The notes under the pieces were generated by a model that saw only the letters and a list, made by a program, of their open reading frames with translations, did not search any database and was not told the DNA's origin. The position numbers were made by a program, and so were the translations under genes. A stretch of 60,664 bases of DNA, counting the filler, from Sphacelaria rigidula (taxonomy: Eukaryota), in assembly GCA_964200075.2 (NCBI GenBank). It is 7 parts of 7 records of this genome, joined end to end, with 100 filler letters (N's around TTAATTAATTAA, not from the genome) between each part and the next. Parts side by side here need not be neighbours in the genome. Positions count along the whole stretch, not along the records: positions 26,045 to 34,624 come from CAXNAA020010710.1; positions 34,725 to 43,304 come from CAXNAA020010711.1; 5 more parts are not named here. One strand, written 5' to 3'. Every line of letters begins with the position of its first letter. Position 1 is the first letter of the stretch. This document shows positions 26,045 to 39,200 of the stretch, one piece after another.

Positions 26045-26509
26045 AAACAAAGCCTAGGGATTGATTCGTACGAACCGAATCAATTATACTAAAACCAAGT
26101 AATTTCCAGACGAGTCATTATTCGTCCGACCCTTGGAAAATTTGAATGTGTGAATGCGTATCTAACTAATTGTACGTCCACTTGCGGAATGTTCGGTGGA
26201 AAAACAACAAAGTTGTTGTTATTCCGAACCAGTCTAACTATCCGTGCTCTTGTGTACAGTACCTTACTTGCTCAGTGACCTGTCCTGTGCGCACGCTGGA
26301 TCCTCTACCGTTGTTCGGATCCCCGTTAACAGACATGATTGATTGATTAATTAATTGGTTGGTTGGTTGATTGACTGCCGCACATCAGCTGATGCCCTAT
26401 AAAATAGTCATGGTTATTATCCGCATGATAGACGTTCCCAAGGTAATCAAAAACGGAGACAGTCACTCGAGGAACCTCGAGAAAGGAAATGGAGAGAGAA
26501 CAGACTGAA

Positions 26510-26660
26510 TTAATATTGTTATTATTATTATTTCCGCACATTAGTCCGATCTCTCGAACCCGTCGTCACAGATGTAGGCTCGTCTTTCCAACACCGTCCC
26601 TGCTATTCCTTACAAGATATGGAGCCCTCCATCATTTTTTCAGAGACTCCAGAGTTGAAA
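26510..26660 (-). mobile_element. Retroelement 3' end with (AAT)n tail
   Basis: TATTATTATTTCCGCACATTAGTCCGATCTCTCGAACCCGT is shared with 28345-28485. Confidence 0.7.
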
Positions 26661-27090
26661 AACTAAAAACGGACTGAAAACATAAACACAAACACACTCA
26701 CAAAGGCACACACACACGCAAAAAAGCGGAAAACGAAAAGCGGAGGGAAGAATGGAAGAGAAGGGATAAAAAGTAGCTCAGAAACATGCACAACGTCGTT
26801 GAAGATGACTTATGGTCAAAACCGGCATCTTCTTTAATTTTCGAGTTATTCGGAATACATCATAATTGGTCAAATCTGCACTCCCTTGTCTTCTCGCGGT
26901 AGTGCATTGGCGAGTCCATCGTCCCGGACCCCATGAAACTGATGCCAAGTGATAGCAGGAATCATATTATTATTTCAAAAGGATGAAGAAAACGCAAAGT
27001 ATAACTTGTTCAAAACCCACATGATTCCCATTGTCAAATGGCACCACTATGAACAACAGGGGCCAAGACGAAGGGCTCAACAATACGGCA

Positions 27091-27091
<1 letters not shown>

Positions 27092-27169
<78 letters not shown>

Positions 27170-27174
27170 GTGTA

Positions 27175-27225
<51 letters not shown>

Positions 27226-27250
27226 GTATTTTATTACTATTATTCATTAT
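27092..27250. repeat. (TAT)n microsatellite, about 50 units with interruptions
   Basis: Seen directly. Confidence 0.97.
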
Positions 27251-28344
27251 TTGTATTTATTATACATATACACGGGAAATATAGGTTTAACAAGCCGTTA
27301 TGTGTTTTCCTAAACACTCTGTTGCCCGCCATCAAGGATCGACGAATATCAGTAGCTTCGCCGCATGTTCCCGAATTCACAAACTAGGTACGCCGTACTG
27401 CTCACTTTCGTTCGGGCTGCGTTGATTGCACAGTCTGCCATCAATATCAAGCGTGCAAAACAACTATTTATAATAAGAAATATACTGTTTGTACTTTGTA
27501 AAAATAACAAAAAAGATCTCGGGAACAAGTTGTCCACCTATAGGTTCCGCGCATACTTTTTGTTCCGCGCATTGATGCGGCCGAAAGAACTCGAGCGACA
27601 CGGTAGCTTATCAGAAAGGCGCATTGCGTCCACTCCGCGATCACGTGAAAGGATTGGGTGTAAAGGAACACGGTGAGTAGAAATATGGTCACGACCGATT
27701 GTGATAACATATCCAGCGAGTTCCTCAACACGCAAAGTCTTGCAATCGCCGCGAGCAACGTACTCGCCCATCAGGATCGACACGGGCACACGAGTGCAAC
27801 TTACGTATGTCTTCACCCTTTTGGAACTGACAATGGAAACTTGATCAATTGCAGTTGACGGTTTTTGAGCTAGATAGGATTGATGGTTTACAGCTCAGAC
27901 GCGACAACATTCACCCAATGCGCATTTTTCAGACCCGTGCGACTGACAAGTGGAACAAAAGAAGATTTCCTGTTCACCGATGTGCCGGACCAGACTCTGG
28001 AACCCGTTGCTGTTTTTTTTATGGAATGTTTCATAGTGTTTTTGCTAATTATTGTCGGTGGATACGATTGGACACACTTCGTCCGTTGCGTGGTATGATT
28101 GTTCAAGCCTCACGCGATAGCTCCAGGGAGGACATTTTTCCTGCACCCGCCGCGTGTGCTACTAGATTTTTCTTCAGTCTTCCATTATAAAATCGTTGCC
28201 GTCGGCCTTTTCTGCTCCCCTATTTTCCTCCTTGTCAGGGCTTCTCATAATGAGGCGTTTGGCCCGGGGGCAGGAGGGGAGGGTTTCAAAAGGGTTAACT
28301 TCCACCGTGTGGGTGGACTAGGACATTTGCAATTATATACTATT

Positions 28345-28485
28345 CATTATTATTATTTCCGCACATTAGTCCGATCTCTCGAACCCGTGGTCATAGGCGT
28401 AGGCTCGTCTGCCCAATACCGTTCCTGCTATATTATTCCTCACAAGACATGGAGTCCTCGCCATTTTACTAAAACTCCAGATTAA
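28345..28485 (-). mobile_element. Retroelement 3' end with (AAT)n tail, second copy
   Basis: First ~40 bp identical to 26510-26660, with continuing similarity. Confidence 0.7.
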
Positions 28486-28734
28486 ATCTATTAAAATAAA
28501 AAAAAGAAGAGGGATGTCATGAAAAAATGTGAGAAGCAGCTTCCCCGAGTTCAACGGGATGAAAAAGGGGGAGGGAAACAAAATCAGATCTGCTAAAAAA
28601 AAAAACACACCAGAAGAAAAGGGAGAAAAAAGAAAAGACAAGGAAAGACAGATGGCACGAAGGGGTTAGCATCACCACCAACAGCGGGAAAATACCAACG
28701 GCCGGACGAGTCATGGCTAGTTCCAATCACCAGA

Positions 28735-28940
28735 CCTACGATTTATGAGACCTACGTGGTCGAAAGAGATACGCAACGTCGACCGCGCGTCAAAAGCGCA
28801 TCTGGGCAAATTTGCGCTATTCCACATGCCTAGGTGGTAACGCTGAAAACAAAGCCTGATATTGATTCGTACGGTAAGAATCAATTGTACTAAAATCAAA
28901 CATTTTTTTTCAGACAAATCGTTATCTGTTCGATCTTCGG
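28735..28940. repeat. Dispersed repeat carrying an ATTGATTC/GAATCAAT hairpin and a TACTAAAATCAA motif
   Basis: Similar to 26045-26135 and 50250-50470. Confidence 0.6.
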
Positions 28941-29875
28941 AAGATACCAAGCCGGACAAAGACACTGCGTGTGCAATTTTCATTGCTTTTCCCGCCATTC
29001 ATTATTATCTCCAGCGCCGTCATAACTACTGTCATGGCTCCTGTTGACTTGACTACAGCTACAATTTTACCATTTTACTGTCGCCTGTCGTACTATCACT
29101 TTCGACATTTCAACGTTAAAGAACAAGACAACTTTCGAAATATTTTTTCACAGCATTGAGCAGTATGACGATTACCAGTACCGTTGTTAGTGTTAGGATG
29201 ATTGATCACCATCATGACTGCCATAACAACCACCAAAGCTTACATCATTAATATTCGTATTTTATCATACGCTAGCCCGATTTCTCTGGCCCGTTGTCGT
29301 AGAGTACAAGCTACGACTGGAAGACAAAAATAGGGAAAATTGAGGAAGATATTACAGCATATTTTAGTTATTCTCCAACCGAACCTGCAATATTGTGGGA
29401 ATGCCGACAGCTAGCTCCGAAAAGCTCAAACTTTTGTGCGCGGGCGGAGGACCAAGAAGATAGCCAGACCTAGACTCTTCTCTCTCGTCTTGGCACTTTC
29501 TACGACAGCCTCCCCACCCGAAAAACGTGGCTGGTTTGGGGAGGCAAAATGTACACGTAAATCGGAATGAAAAACGCCGAGCGCAACGAGCAGCTGGGAA
29601 TTCCCCCGCTTGGGTTCGTTTTCGCCAATGTCGCCCATACGAGGCGCTTCATGCAGCCTGAACCCAAACATCAGGCGCTGTATGACCATTTTTGTCGTGA
29701 CCATTTTTGTCGTAACAATTTTGAGCTCGTTTTTCTTTTGGGGGGGGGGGGCTATCGTAGAAAATGCCTCTTACGAGTTCGTGGAAACAGAGCACACCAC
29801 ATACACGCACGCATCGTACACCCGTCCTTTGTCTTCATCAAGCGCAAGGAGTCGGGTGATCTCATCTGCCGTTAC

Positions 29876-30007
29876 CTCTTCACGCAGCTCTCTTCCTTCC
29901 TTGTCCAGCATTTCGTCGTACTCCGGATCTATTAGCAGATCGGCCTCCGACAGCTTCTCTCCTGGAGGCGCCGACTCATTTTCTTTCACGAGGCGGGAAA
30001 ACTCCGC
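29876..30007 (-). CDS. Cilia/flagella-associated protein, CFAP44-like (CFAP43/44 family), internal exon
   Basis: AEFSRLVKENESAPPGEKLSEADLLIDPEYDEMLDKEGRELREE. CAG acceptor, GAG|GTAACG donor, phase 0-0. Resembles the post-WD40 coiled-coil region of CFAP44 as I recall it. Confidence 0.6.
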
Positions 30008-30715
30008 CTGAACGTTAATTTTGCGAGCAACACTGAGTGTTTGATGGGAGCGATCGGTTGGATGAAGAGACTGATTCAGCGATTTATTCACTGGTTAGTC
30101 TCAAATTCTCCGATCCACCGCGAATTTAGCAGCGGTTACAGCATAGATGCACTCGTTGATCAATTGATCTATTGATCGGTTGCTTCATCGATTGATTGTC
30201 GAACATTACCTGACTCCCCAGACATGCAGCCGTGGTCTCATGACAGACGTCCCTGCCGAGGCAAAAACAAAACAGAAACTCTCGCTGGAGAAAATCGAGG
30301 AAAATATAAAGAATGTGGAACATACAAACAGAGCAGACAATAAAATAAAGAAGAAGAGTAGTTTTGAAAATTGAGGGGGAAATACTCGCTGTGAAGAACC
30401 CTCGAGTGATGAAGGCAAAGCAAAAATAATAGTGGGGAGAAAGAAAAAACACTAAGAGGGGAGAACAAACAGGATTAGCCGAGGGCGATGCCCAGCTAAG
30501 AGCAGCCCCGAGGGACAGCCCTCTTATGCCGTGGACATGAAACCACACGTAAACGGATGTGATGGTTCGGAACGGTTCGGAACGGTTCGGAACACTGTTG
30601 ATAATCATAAGGATCGAAGCTCCGTTCCTGACGGCAGCAGAATACTTCTTTTTTTTTTCACCTGATTCTGGTACAGTATATCCTTGGAAACTCGGGCTCA
30701 CATATATTTCTCCTA

Positions 30716-31053
30716 CTCGAAACCTTTTGAAGGTTGGGTCGTGGGTTCAACTCTCGTAGCGATCTGGGACTTTTTCTCACACCATACCCGACAGTGGACA
30801 GCGACTATGTCGTGTTTACACAAAATTCGACTTAACGGTCGGCGAGGGAAGGGGACTGTTGAACCCGTCTCGCGATAAAAAATAAAGGCAAGCACCGCAG
30901 AAGGAAGGTGGGGTATCTAAAAAAAAGAAGAAAAAAAAAGCTTCTGTGATGGCCTTCCTTCTGTGTGACCCCGGCTGATGCGCCCACATATACCGAAAGG
31001 TGTATGTAGACCGGCGTCCAGAATAGATGGGACGACAACACGCAACACACACA
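30716..31053 (+). mobile_element. SINE family A copy lacking the A box
   Basis: Colinear with 8161-8490. Confidence 0.85.
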
Positions 31054-31794
31054 CTCTTTCGCATTTCGCGAAAGTAACATCTTGTACACTTGGTTAAAGG
31101 ACGTTGGGGAATCGGGCTCACACATTGTTCGGTTTTCCGTATTTTGTGGAAGGAGCCTTATATTTTGTGCCCATGGCTATTGTGTAGCGTAGATCATTTT
31201 GGCCAAACAAATACGCTTTCCGGTTTTCCGAACATTGCGGGAGAACCAACGTTTTCTACGTAATTGGTTTCGAGTATCATCTTGGAACGTTTGGCATCAT
31301 ATAGGTATGTATATATTCAGGCTGTTCCACATGTCACGGAATTAATATTTTACATGGAGTGCAGCGCCTCCGTTAATCGGAAAGGTCCAGGTCTTGTTCT
31401 CATTTTCCCCCGAGCGATAAGCATCTATATATCTACATATATAAATAGCCTGCACACCTATGTCTATCATAAGCATCACGGAGACCTCGATCTAGACAAA
31501 ACCAAGTAGTTAGGGCTATACACAATGGGCTACTCAGTTCTTGCTTGAAAAGCAGCTTATAGATACAAACATTGTCTGCAGGCCGGTTACACACCTCACA
31601 TTTCTACCTCTGTCGTCGCAGACGTGAATCGAACCGTACAGAATGATTCCTGGGGGCGAATGGACGAGCCTCTACGCTTTTGGTCCGGTTGACAAGGGGC
31701 TGGAATCAATTGGACCGTGGGGGGCCGTGGGGGAAGCTTCGGTGCTGTCCCTCATGCCGCCGCGCCGTATTGGTCTTATGGCATAACGTACACC

Positions 31795-32111
31795 ATTGTT
31801 GTTGTTGTTGTTGTCTTCACATTAAAAACCGTTCCGATATCTGCGCGGTACATTCGTACTGGGTATCTCATGCGGACGCCTTCCTTGGTCACAGGCTAGC
31901 AAAAACAAAAAAAATAGACCCAGATTAAAACTCACAAAACGCGATACGAGCAAAACAGGGATAAAGAATAAAAAAGAGAGTACATATGGCTAACCTCAGA
32001 AGATCCGGTGCCGCAGGTGGCCATTCGGACTTCAGGGGGTGGCGCCCGGCTTTCCAACTCGACGCGCGACGCCAAGGAGAAATGAACACAGGGTCCGACT
32101 ACAGGCGAGAC
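31795..32111 (-). mobile_element. SINE-like element, family D, with (CAA)n tail
   Basis: Highly similar to 55697-56122; both copies share the same 5' start, GTCTCGCC(T/C)GTAGTCGGACCCT. Confidence 0.8.
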
Positions 32112-32813
32112 TCAAGGCCCCAAATACCACCAACCAAAGAGCTAAGAATCGCAAGGTTCCATCTTTCGGCCTCTCGAGGGACAGCCATACGTACAAGCAT
32201 ACCAGGTGTATCAAGACAAGTACTGCATGATATAACGACACTCCTCATCGGGGGGGTCCACCCCCCACCTCCCCTTCTCTGGACCGTCGTCATTGCTGTG
32301 CTATTTGGGCCATTAGGTCGGAAAAAATGGAGAACCAATTCCCGTCAGATGCGTTTAGTTTGGACTATTTCTGCCAAGTACCTTATTCCGGTCGCTAAGG
32401 CCGTCAGGACGGGAGTAGAAGAAAAGTGCTAAATGGCGGTTGACGTGGTACGGGAGAGAGTGAGTGCTGATCCAATTCCCGATACACACTCAAAACGCAA
32501 TGCGTGTACCGGAGGAAGGAATTGAATATCCTCCGAGACCGATAACTCATTGCGAGGAAGGATAGGGGAGGGGTTAAGCGCTAGACCGCGATGCGGGTAG
32601 TCCAACTGCGTCACACATAATTTTTTCAATTGATATCGATGCCGATTCAGCAGGTGACCTAAACTTGCGGTCAAAGGGTTAAAGGTGCACTGACAAGTGC
32701 GAAAAAAGAGAACACCTCAAGTGTTTTACCCGGGGGCTCAGTACCGTGTCAGTCACTCCTGCTGGAAATTTCCCCACATTAGACCTAGCGTACCAGGCGT
32801 TCACTTTGTTCAC

Positions 32814-32871
32814 CTGCATTTCGCGGATCGTTGCCCGTACGCCTTCCTTTTTCGCCTCCGCCGCTTTGCGC
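32814..32871 (-). CDS. CFAP44-like, preceding exon
   Basis: RKAAEAKKEGVRATIREMQ. AAG acceptor, CAG|GTGAAC donor; joins in frame to AEFSRLV at 30007. Confidence 0.6.
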
Positions 32872-33543
32872 CTTTGAAAAACCAAGAACACGTTCGATTG
32901 AACAACGGAAAAGCGTGGGCGGCTCACGTCCAGCCGAGAATATCGGCGTTCACTCCATGAGTTCTTATCTTCCGTCTGAAGCGGCTATGCGCGTAGAACT
33001 TTATGTTTTCGCATTTTCTCAGAGGGCAATTCTGAGTCTGTCATTGTGGGAACAACAATGTTGATAATAAAGATGATACCCCGAGAACACGAACGACTCA
33101 GATCGACGTTTCCAGCGGTGACCAATCCATGTGCCTGATGTCAACACCTGCAACGGGAAATATGGCGACACTTTGTGATAAGGGGTTGTCTCTGTCATAT
33201 CCAAAACATATATTTTTCGCACATCTATCTATATAAATACATGTAGGTATATACGCACAGTATGTGTCCGACGCAAAATTGCAACAGGGAGGTCTGGCAG
33301 GGGGGGGAGACTTCGTTTCCTATTCGAAAAGTATCGAAAAAACGTTTCTTACGTTCCTCGGATTCTGCGATTCTGACCCCCTAGACAACATCCACGAGAG
33401 GTCATTTCCCACGACTAACCACCTGCTTGCTGTCTGGATCCCACAAGTAGACCACTCTCCCTAGGACTATCAATTCGTATTCGTGTTCCACACTGCACCG
33501 TTGCATCTAGATTGCGATCATAGCAGAGGGATGCTACGATAGG

Positions 33544-33586
33544 GGGGGGGTACTCATGACCACGAATGTCGTAGCTGGGAGACCAT
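33544..33586 (-). mobile_element. About 43-bp 3' remnant of the poly(C)-tailed LINE with a perfect 12-bp TSD
   Basis: Direct repeat TGCTACGATAGG at 33532-33543 and 33587-33598. The insert reads ATGGTCT...GTCATGAGTAC-C-run on the minus strand. Confidence 0.75.
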
Positions 33587-33598
33587 TGCTACGATAGG

Positions 33599-34430
33599 AG
33601 GGAGGGGGAGGGGGGGGGGGGGGTGTACCCATTTGTTGCTTGCCTTAGTCGTTTGACCATTGATCACTTATCCCTTCCGAGACGGAGCACCGTTCCTACT
33701 CCTAATAGAGACACCTCCAACATTCCGGCGCTCATTACGTTCCTTCCATACATTACACAGAAACGTCTTACATATCTTATCCCCGTCCTGTTTCGCCGTC
33801 TGTGGCCACAATCTATCTCCGAGTATAACCATCGTTTTTCGCTACTGTCTAATGCACCAAGCGATTTCATCCCACCTTCGCTCACGTCCCACATTTCCTC
33901 CTCTAGCACGTCCCGTTCCTTCTTGTATAGTTCACATTCTGCCACTACATGGCAATTCTGTCCATCTACTCCCTCCTCCACCCGACCACTGGCGTATCTC
34001 TTCCTCCTTTCTGGCAGGTCCAGGTCCCCCACCCGAAATCGCAGTTTCATATTTTTCACCGCGTGGGGCCATGCAGATATGCTTTCTCTCATCCCTATCC
34101 CGTCTCCCAAACCCCCGTATATCTCCAGGTGATCTTCCTCGTCTACTTTGCGTCTGAGCGCTCCTTTTTCCCCTGTTTTTATCATATCTCTAACTTTTGT
34201 CAAGTACCCCGCGCCTTCACCTATGGAGAGTACTTCGTCTTGGTCTCCTCCTATCTCCTTCCATACTTTCTCGACTTCTTTATCCCAACTTACTCCAGCC
34301 TTCACCTTCGCCATTTCCTTCCATACAGCCCTATCAACTGTAGCTGGCAATCTCTCTCTCTCTGTATGTTCTTTAAGCTGTATTGTCATCGCAATTTTCT
34401 CATGTCTGTTAGTTTCAAGTGAGTATATTC
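33599..34430 (-). mobile_element. Longest copy of the poly(C)-tailed LINE: degenerate C-terminal ORF2 region plus 3' end
   Basis: Translation KLRFRVGDLDLPERRKRY...HVVAECELYKKERDVL resembles the C-terminal Cys/His region of non-LTR ORF2. 3' end shared with the other copies; CCCTCCCTCCT on both flanks. No RT motifs, consistent with 5' truncation. Confidence 0.75.
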
Positions 34431-34624
34431 CCAAGGAGGGAGGGAGGGAAAAGGGGATATTTTGAGCATTTTCTTGCGCGCAATTCCACCCCAAAACCGT
34501 TATCAAAAGTAGCAACGGTTCTCCGAACGCGCTTGTTACCCATAAGGCACAATCATTCACGGTTAGGACAAATCATCACGACTCAAAATCACCAAATTCA
34601 CGATTTCTTCGGTCTGATTGCCCA

Positions 34625-34724
34625 NNNNNNNNNNNNNNNNNNNNNNNNNNNNNNNNNNNNNNNNNNNNTTAATTAATTAANNNNNNNNNNNNNNNNNNNN
34701 NNNNNNNNNNNNNNNNNNNNNNNN
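34625..34724. other. Artificial contig spacer
   Basis: 44N-TTAATTAATTAA-44N. Confidence 0.98.
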
Positions 34725-35346
34725 GAACAGAATAATAAAAAAAATACAATAAAGAAAGAAAGGAACAGAAAAACGACAGAAGCAACGGCCCCAGAAAGGA
34801 AAGAAAGGGGGCAGCGATAACAACAAAAAACATCACCACCACCACCTCCACCAACAACAACAACAACAACAACAGGAACAAACAACGGCAGTAACAACAA
34901 AATAACGACGAACACTAGCACGAACAAAGACAAAAAAGTATGATGACGTTGCATTACGTAGCTGATCGCAACACTCCAGCTCGTTATCAGAGACAAAAAG
35001 GAGAAACGTGAAAAAAATGAAAGAAAAATGAGAGAAAATTGAAAGGAAGGAAGAAAAAAATAATAATACAACGTAAAAAGAAGGGAATACAATAGACAAG
35101 AAGACAGAGCTAGGCTCGTTCCGGCAGCGGGGGGGGGAAGCACGTTGGTGGCACGCAGAGTGCACTCTCTGATGCCAGCGTGAAAAAAAATGCGCCGGCG
35201 GCGGAATGAAGTTTATTTTCGAAGGAGAAAATTTGTAAAATCGCGTGCTTGATTGCACAACAGCGAATATTTCGGCTGAATGTACCGTGAAGTCCTTCAG
35301 AAACACAACGCTACGAGTCCGCACACAAAAAAATGAAAAATCTCAC

Positions 35347-35537
35347 CCCAGGCACCGGATAAAGTAGTGCTCTAGCAGAGAATCCAAAGGCGCTCCACTG
35401 TCTCCCTCCATCTCTCGAGGATCCAGGATTATGGGCAGGAATCCGCCGGGAGGAGCTGTGTCCGCCGTCAGGCGGCGCGCTAGCAGCGCGGCAAACAGTG
35501 ACTTGCCGGTTCCGGCTTCTCCGGTTAGTAAGAACAC
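35347..35537 (-). CDS. P-loop NTPase exon, NACHT/STAND-like
   Basis: VFLLTGEAGTGKSLFAALLARRL...FLPIILDPREM: Walker A GxxGxGKS after a hydrophobic strand. CAG acceptor, GTGAGA donor; in phase with the exon ending at 36294. Confidence 0.8.
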
Positions 35538-36293
35538 CTGCGGTTAGATCAAAGATCACAAAGGTGTATACATGGTGAAGTTGAAGAACCAAGGATTGCA
35601 GGGGTGCTCGGGCGGGGGTAGGAGACTCAGTCGGCTATGATGGTGATGTTTGCATCCTGTGATGGCGCTGAACTTGCATGTTTTTTTATCCAAGCGATGT
35701 AAGGACGGAGACAAGAACACACACAGACAGAGGGAGAGGCGTCGTGGAGCTGTGGGTATGAGAAGGAGCACGCTCTACTACCGGCGCAGGGCGAACAAGG
35801 ACGACCAACCTCGATTCCTGTCTTTCTGGGCTCTTGCTGTATACCCTTCATAGTATCTGTGACAAAAAAAAGAGGAGTGGAGCTTAGACAGCGAATACCG
35901 ATTAGATACAAAAAAAATGCCGCAAAATGTAATGCCCAAATCGTGCAGAATTACAAGTGAATCTTTGCGGATCATCGTCATCCTATCCGACGCGTACACA
36001 CGTCTTGAATACCCAGTCTGTGTATTTCTGCCAGCAGCTTGTGGTCGAGAGCTTGATGATTACTTCAAAAGTAACGTGGGATGGGTGTTGTGGTTTTCCA
36101 AGATCCTACATTGGATCGTACCGCCTCTGTCCTTCTAGTCAATATAGTATAGTACGGACAGAATATGAAAGAAAGCACGCAAAATCAGTAGCATGGCATG
36201 AGCAGAAAGCAGGGTACATCTGATCCAACATATATATACCGATGCATCCCCGCACTCATACTTGGTGACTAAATATACACGACCTCAACCCAC

Positions 36294-39200
36294 CTTCCGC
36301 TCAGACTCCAAGAAGTCACTGACCCTAGCCATGAGCTCAACGCCGCTGCCCACACACCGCAACGGAACGCAACGCGATAAAGCTTCAGGCGGAAATTCGG
36401 TAGATTGGTCCGCACCGCGCGGATCGCCACTCGCGGCGTTCCGAAGAAGGGTTCTCAAGGGCACAGCGGGCGCGGCGCTCCGAGGTTCAGCTGGGGTTAT
36501 GGCTCGCGATTCGCGCGTAGGCGTCGTCGCCGTCGACGCTGTTTCCAGTGCTTCTCCTACCGCTACCTTTGGGGAAGTATTTCGCATCAGCGGTGAAATT
36601 CCGTTTTGTGGGATCGGAGACGGGTTGCTGAAGGTATTACTCGTGCTGTGATTCATGCTCCTGCTGGCCCACATCGAGTCCGAGTGATTGTGAAACCACA
36701 TCGTCCCTCCGCCGTGCCAAGCCCCGGCCCGAGCACCGCCACCGCCGCCCACCTTCGCCGCGGAGCCTCCTGCGTTATCGGTGGAGCCGGCCGCCATCGG
36801 CGTTGCCGGAACACTGCGGCGAATGCTGGTGACGCCTTCCGTACAGGTCGGCTCGGCGGCTCGCGGTAGTAGCCCTCCTACGTTGAAAATTCCGGCAGTG
36901 CCCTTCACCCGTATCGCAGCAGCTGCACAAACCTTCTCCACATCAGCAAGATCGAAAGTCGGGCTCGTTGCTCTGACACCGCCGGGCAGTGGTGATATCA
37001 GCGACGAAATGTGGACGACTGTCCCCGCCTCCTTCTCCAGCTCGGGCGATCGTACGCAGGTGCTGCCGTCTCTGGCTTCAAGAGATTTGGGCACTCTGGA
37101 CGAGGAAACGACCTGACTAAAGACTGCCGTAGCTTTTGCGTCCATATTTTCCCCTGCCGTGGCTGCCACTCTCTGTATCCGGTCTGTCCCCTCATCGTCC
37201 TTCCCCCCCCGGATTGTTGCGCCTTCTTTATCCGCATCTCTCTCTGATGGCGCCGACAGGGGTTTCGGCCAAGCTATCTCTGCCGCGACAAGGGTCGCCG
37301 TCCCCCCCGTCGAGGTGGATGACTCTTCCCGCTGCTGGCGTGCTAGGCTTCCATCATTCCTGCCCCCGAAAACAACTTCTGCCACGGTGTCGACCGGTGC
37401 TAGGGAGCATCCCTTCTCCCGGCTGGAATTTTCCTCCGCTGGCTGCTGCTCTTGTTGATTCTTCGATCGTCGGTCTTGATGCGATTTCAGCGGCGCGGGG
37501 AAGTCAACAGGAGATGAAAGTCTCTCGGCTGCCGTCAAATTCATCGCTTTATCTTTCACGTTATTTCTGCGTCGGCGGTTGTTGCTGCTGCTACCGCTGC
37601 TGGGGGTGCCGGCGTTGACTGTGCAGCTCTCACGCAGTGCCTGTTGGCCTGTACTGCTGCTCTCGGCAGGAAGCGGCGACGGAAACACGTCACTCCCTGA
37701 CCCCAGCGGCGACGGAAACATGTCACTCCCTGACCGCAGCGGCGAAGGAAACACTTCACCCCACGACCGCAGCGTCTCCTCGTCTTCCTCCCGTTCCTCA
37801 TCCCTCGGGGTCGGGTTTGCCGCGGGTAAAACGAGGGCACGGGGTCGACCTGATCTCGCCGTTGCTGTCGCCTTTGTCAATCCTGCCCTTGCCCTTGCCC
37901 CTGCCCTCGTCTCTACATCCGACCTTGACCTTGACCTTGCCTCCAGGTTCGTTGTCTTCGCTGCCGCCCTCGCCGTCCAGATACCTACTCCCCTCCGCGA
38001 CTCCAAGATTCCGCCTTTCTTGGATAGCCATGCCGAAGGATCTAACGCAGCTTCGTCAAGCTTTGCCCTGCTGCTGGTTTTCGTTTGCGCAGAGCCAGAG
38101 CCAGTCATGTACGTGCGGGCGACGATCGCCGCCGCGGTGGCTTTCTCTCTGGCCATTGAATCCATTGACTCGGTAGATTTGGGAACAGCCCATGGTGCTC
38201 GACGCCTTCCAGCGGCCTCTGGCAGGACTGACGAAGATATCGGTTCGGCCGTCTTGGACGGGATTGGCATCACCACGGGAGACCCTTTGCGGATCATACC
38301 GGTGCCACCCGCCGATATCTGCCGGCCAGTGCCGTGGGAGCGCTCTTTTTCGACGAAAATGTTGACGTTCTCCCCCGAGGCCAAAGATACCAATACCTCT
38401 TGGTCGATACTGCTGCTGTTTGTCTCCTCGCCACCGCCGTCATGATGATGTTGATGGCCAACAAGTGCCCCCGGTGAACGCACCCCCCCCATTTCTTCTC
38501 CCTCGTCTTCGGAGGAGCTTTTCTCTTCAGTCTCCCCTTCTAGGTATTGCTGCCCATGCGGCAGCGGGGGTGGGTCCCGTAATATCGGGGCGGGCGACAA
38601 GAAGGTTCGCCAGGAGCCTGGCTCGGGGGTGTCTTGCGGAGTGATCGGAACGATATCTTTGAACGTGAACGGAGTTGTGTCCAGCTCTGCTAGCTCTGTC
38701 GAAGAATTCGACGCCATGCCCGACTTGCCACTCCTCCCACTGCCGCTACGGCCACCGGTACCCTCTCCTGTTCCTTCTGCCCCAGCATGCTGCTTCGGCG
38801 GAGTGGCCTTTCGTTTGATCCGCGCAGCCAAGCTGAAGTCCGGCATCTGGGGTATCTCTAGGGTCTTCTTGCGGTATTGGGCGCCGCTGCGGGTGTCAGG
38901 CTTTGGCGGGGGCGGCGACGGGGACGACGCTTGAGGAGGGATGTGGCGGCGGTGTCCCGAGTGGGAGTGGGTGTGCCCACCTATACTGCTACTGTTTTTC
39001 TCTGCCACTGCTGCCGCCGATCTCGGAAACAGCTTCCCTGCCGTTCGAGCGCTGCTATCCCGGATACCACTGGCTGTGGAGGCGGCGTTTGGGGTGCCGT
39101 TTCGCGAACCGTGTCCGCTCACACCCTGCCGTCGGAGCGGGTTACTTGAAGAGTAGATAGTCCTCGGCGATGCGCTCCTGAGTGGACTGCCGCTAATTCG

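Noticed and set aside
26949-27387. Poly-Leu / poly-Tyr ORFs
   Set aside because: Translations of the (TAT)n microsatellite.
33664-34560. 298-aa ORF as a host gene
   Set aside because: Chimeric reading through a decayed LINE fragment whose 3' part is repeated elsewhere in the window.
37579-38445. 288-aa plus-strand ORF (also the 301-aa minus ORF at 57868-58773)
   Set aside because: Antisense shadows of GC-rich coding exons, with no domain features.
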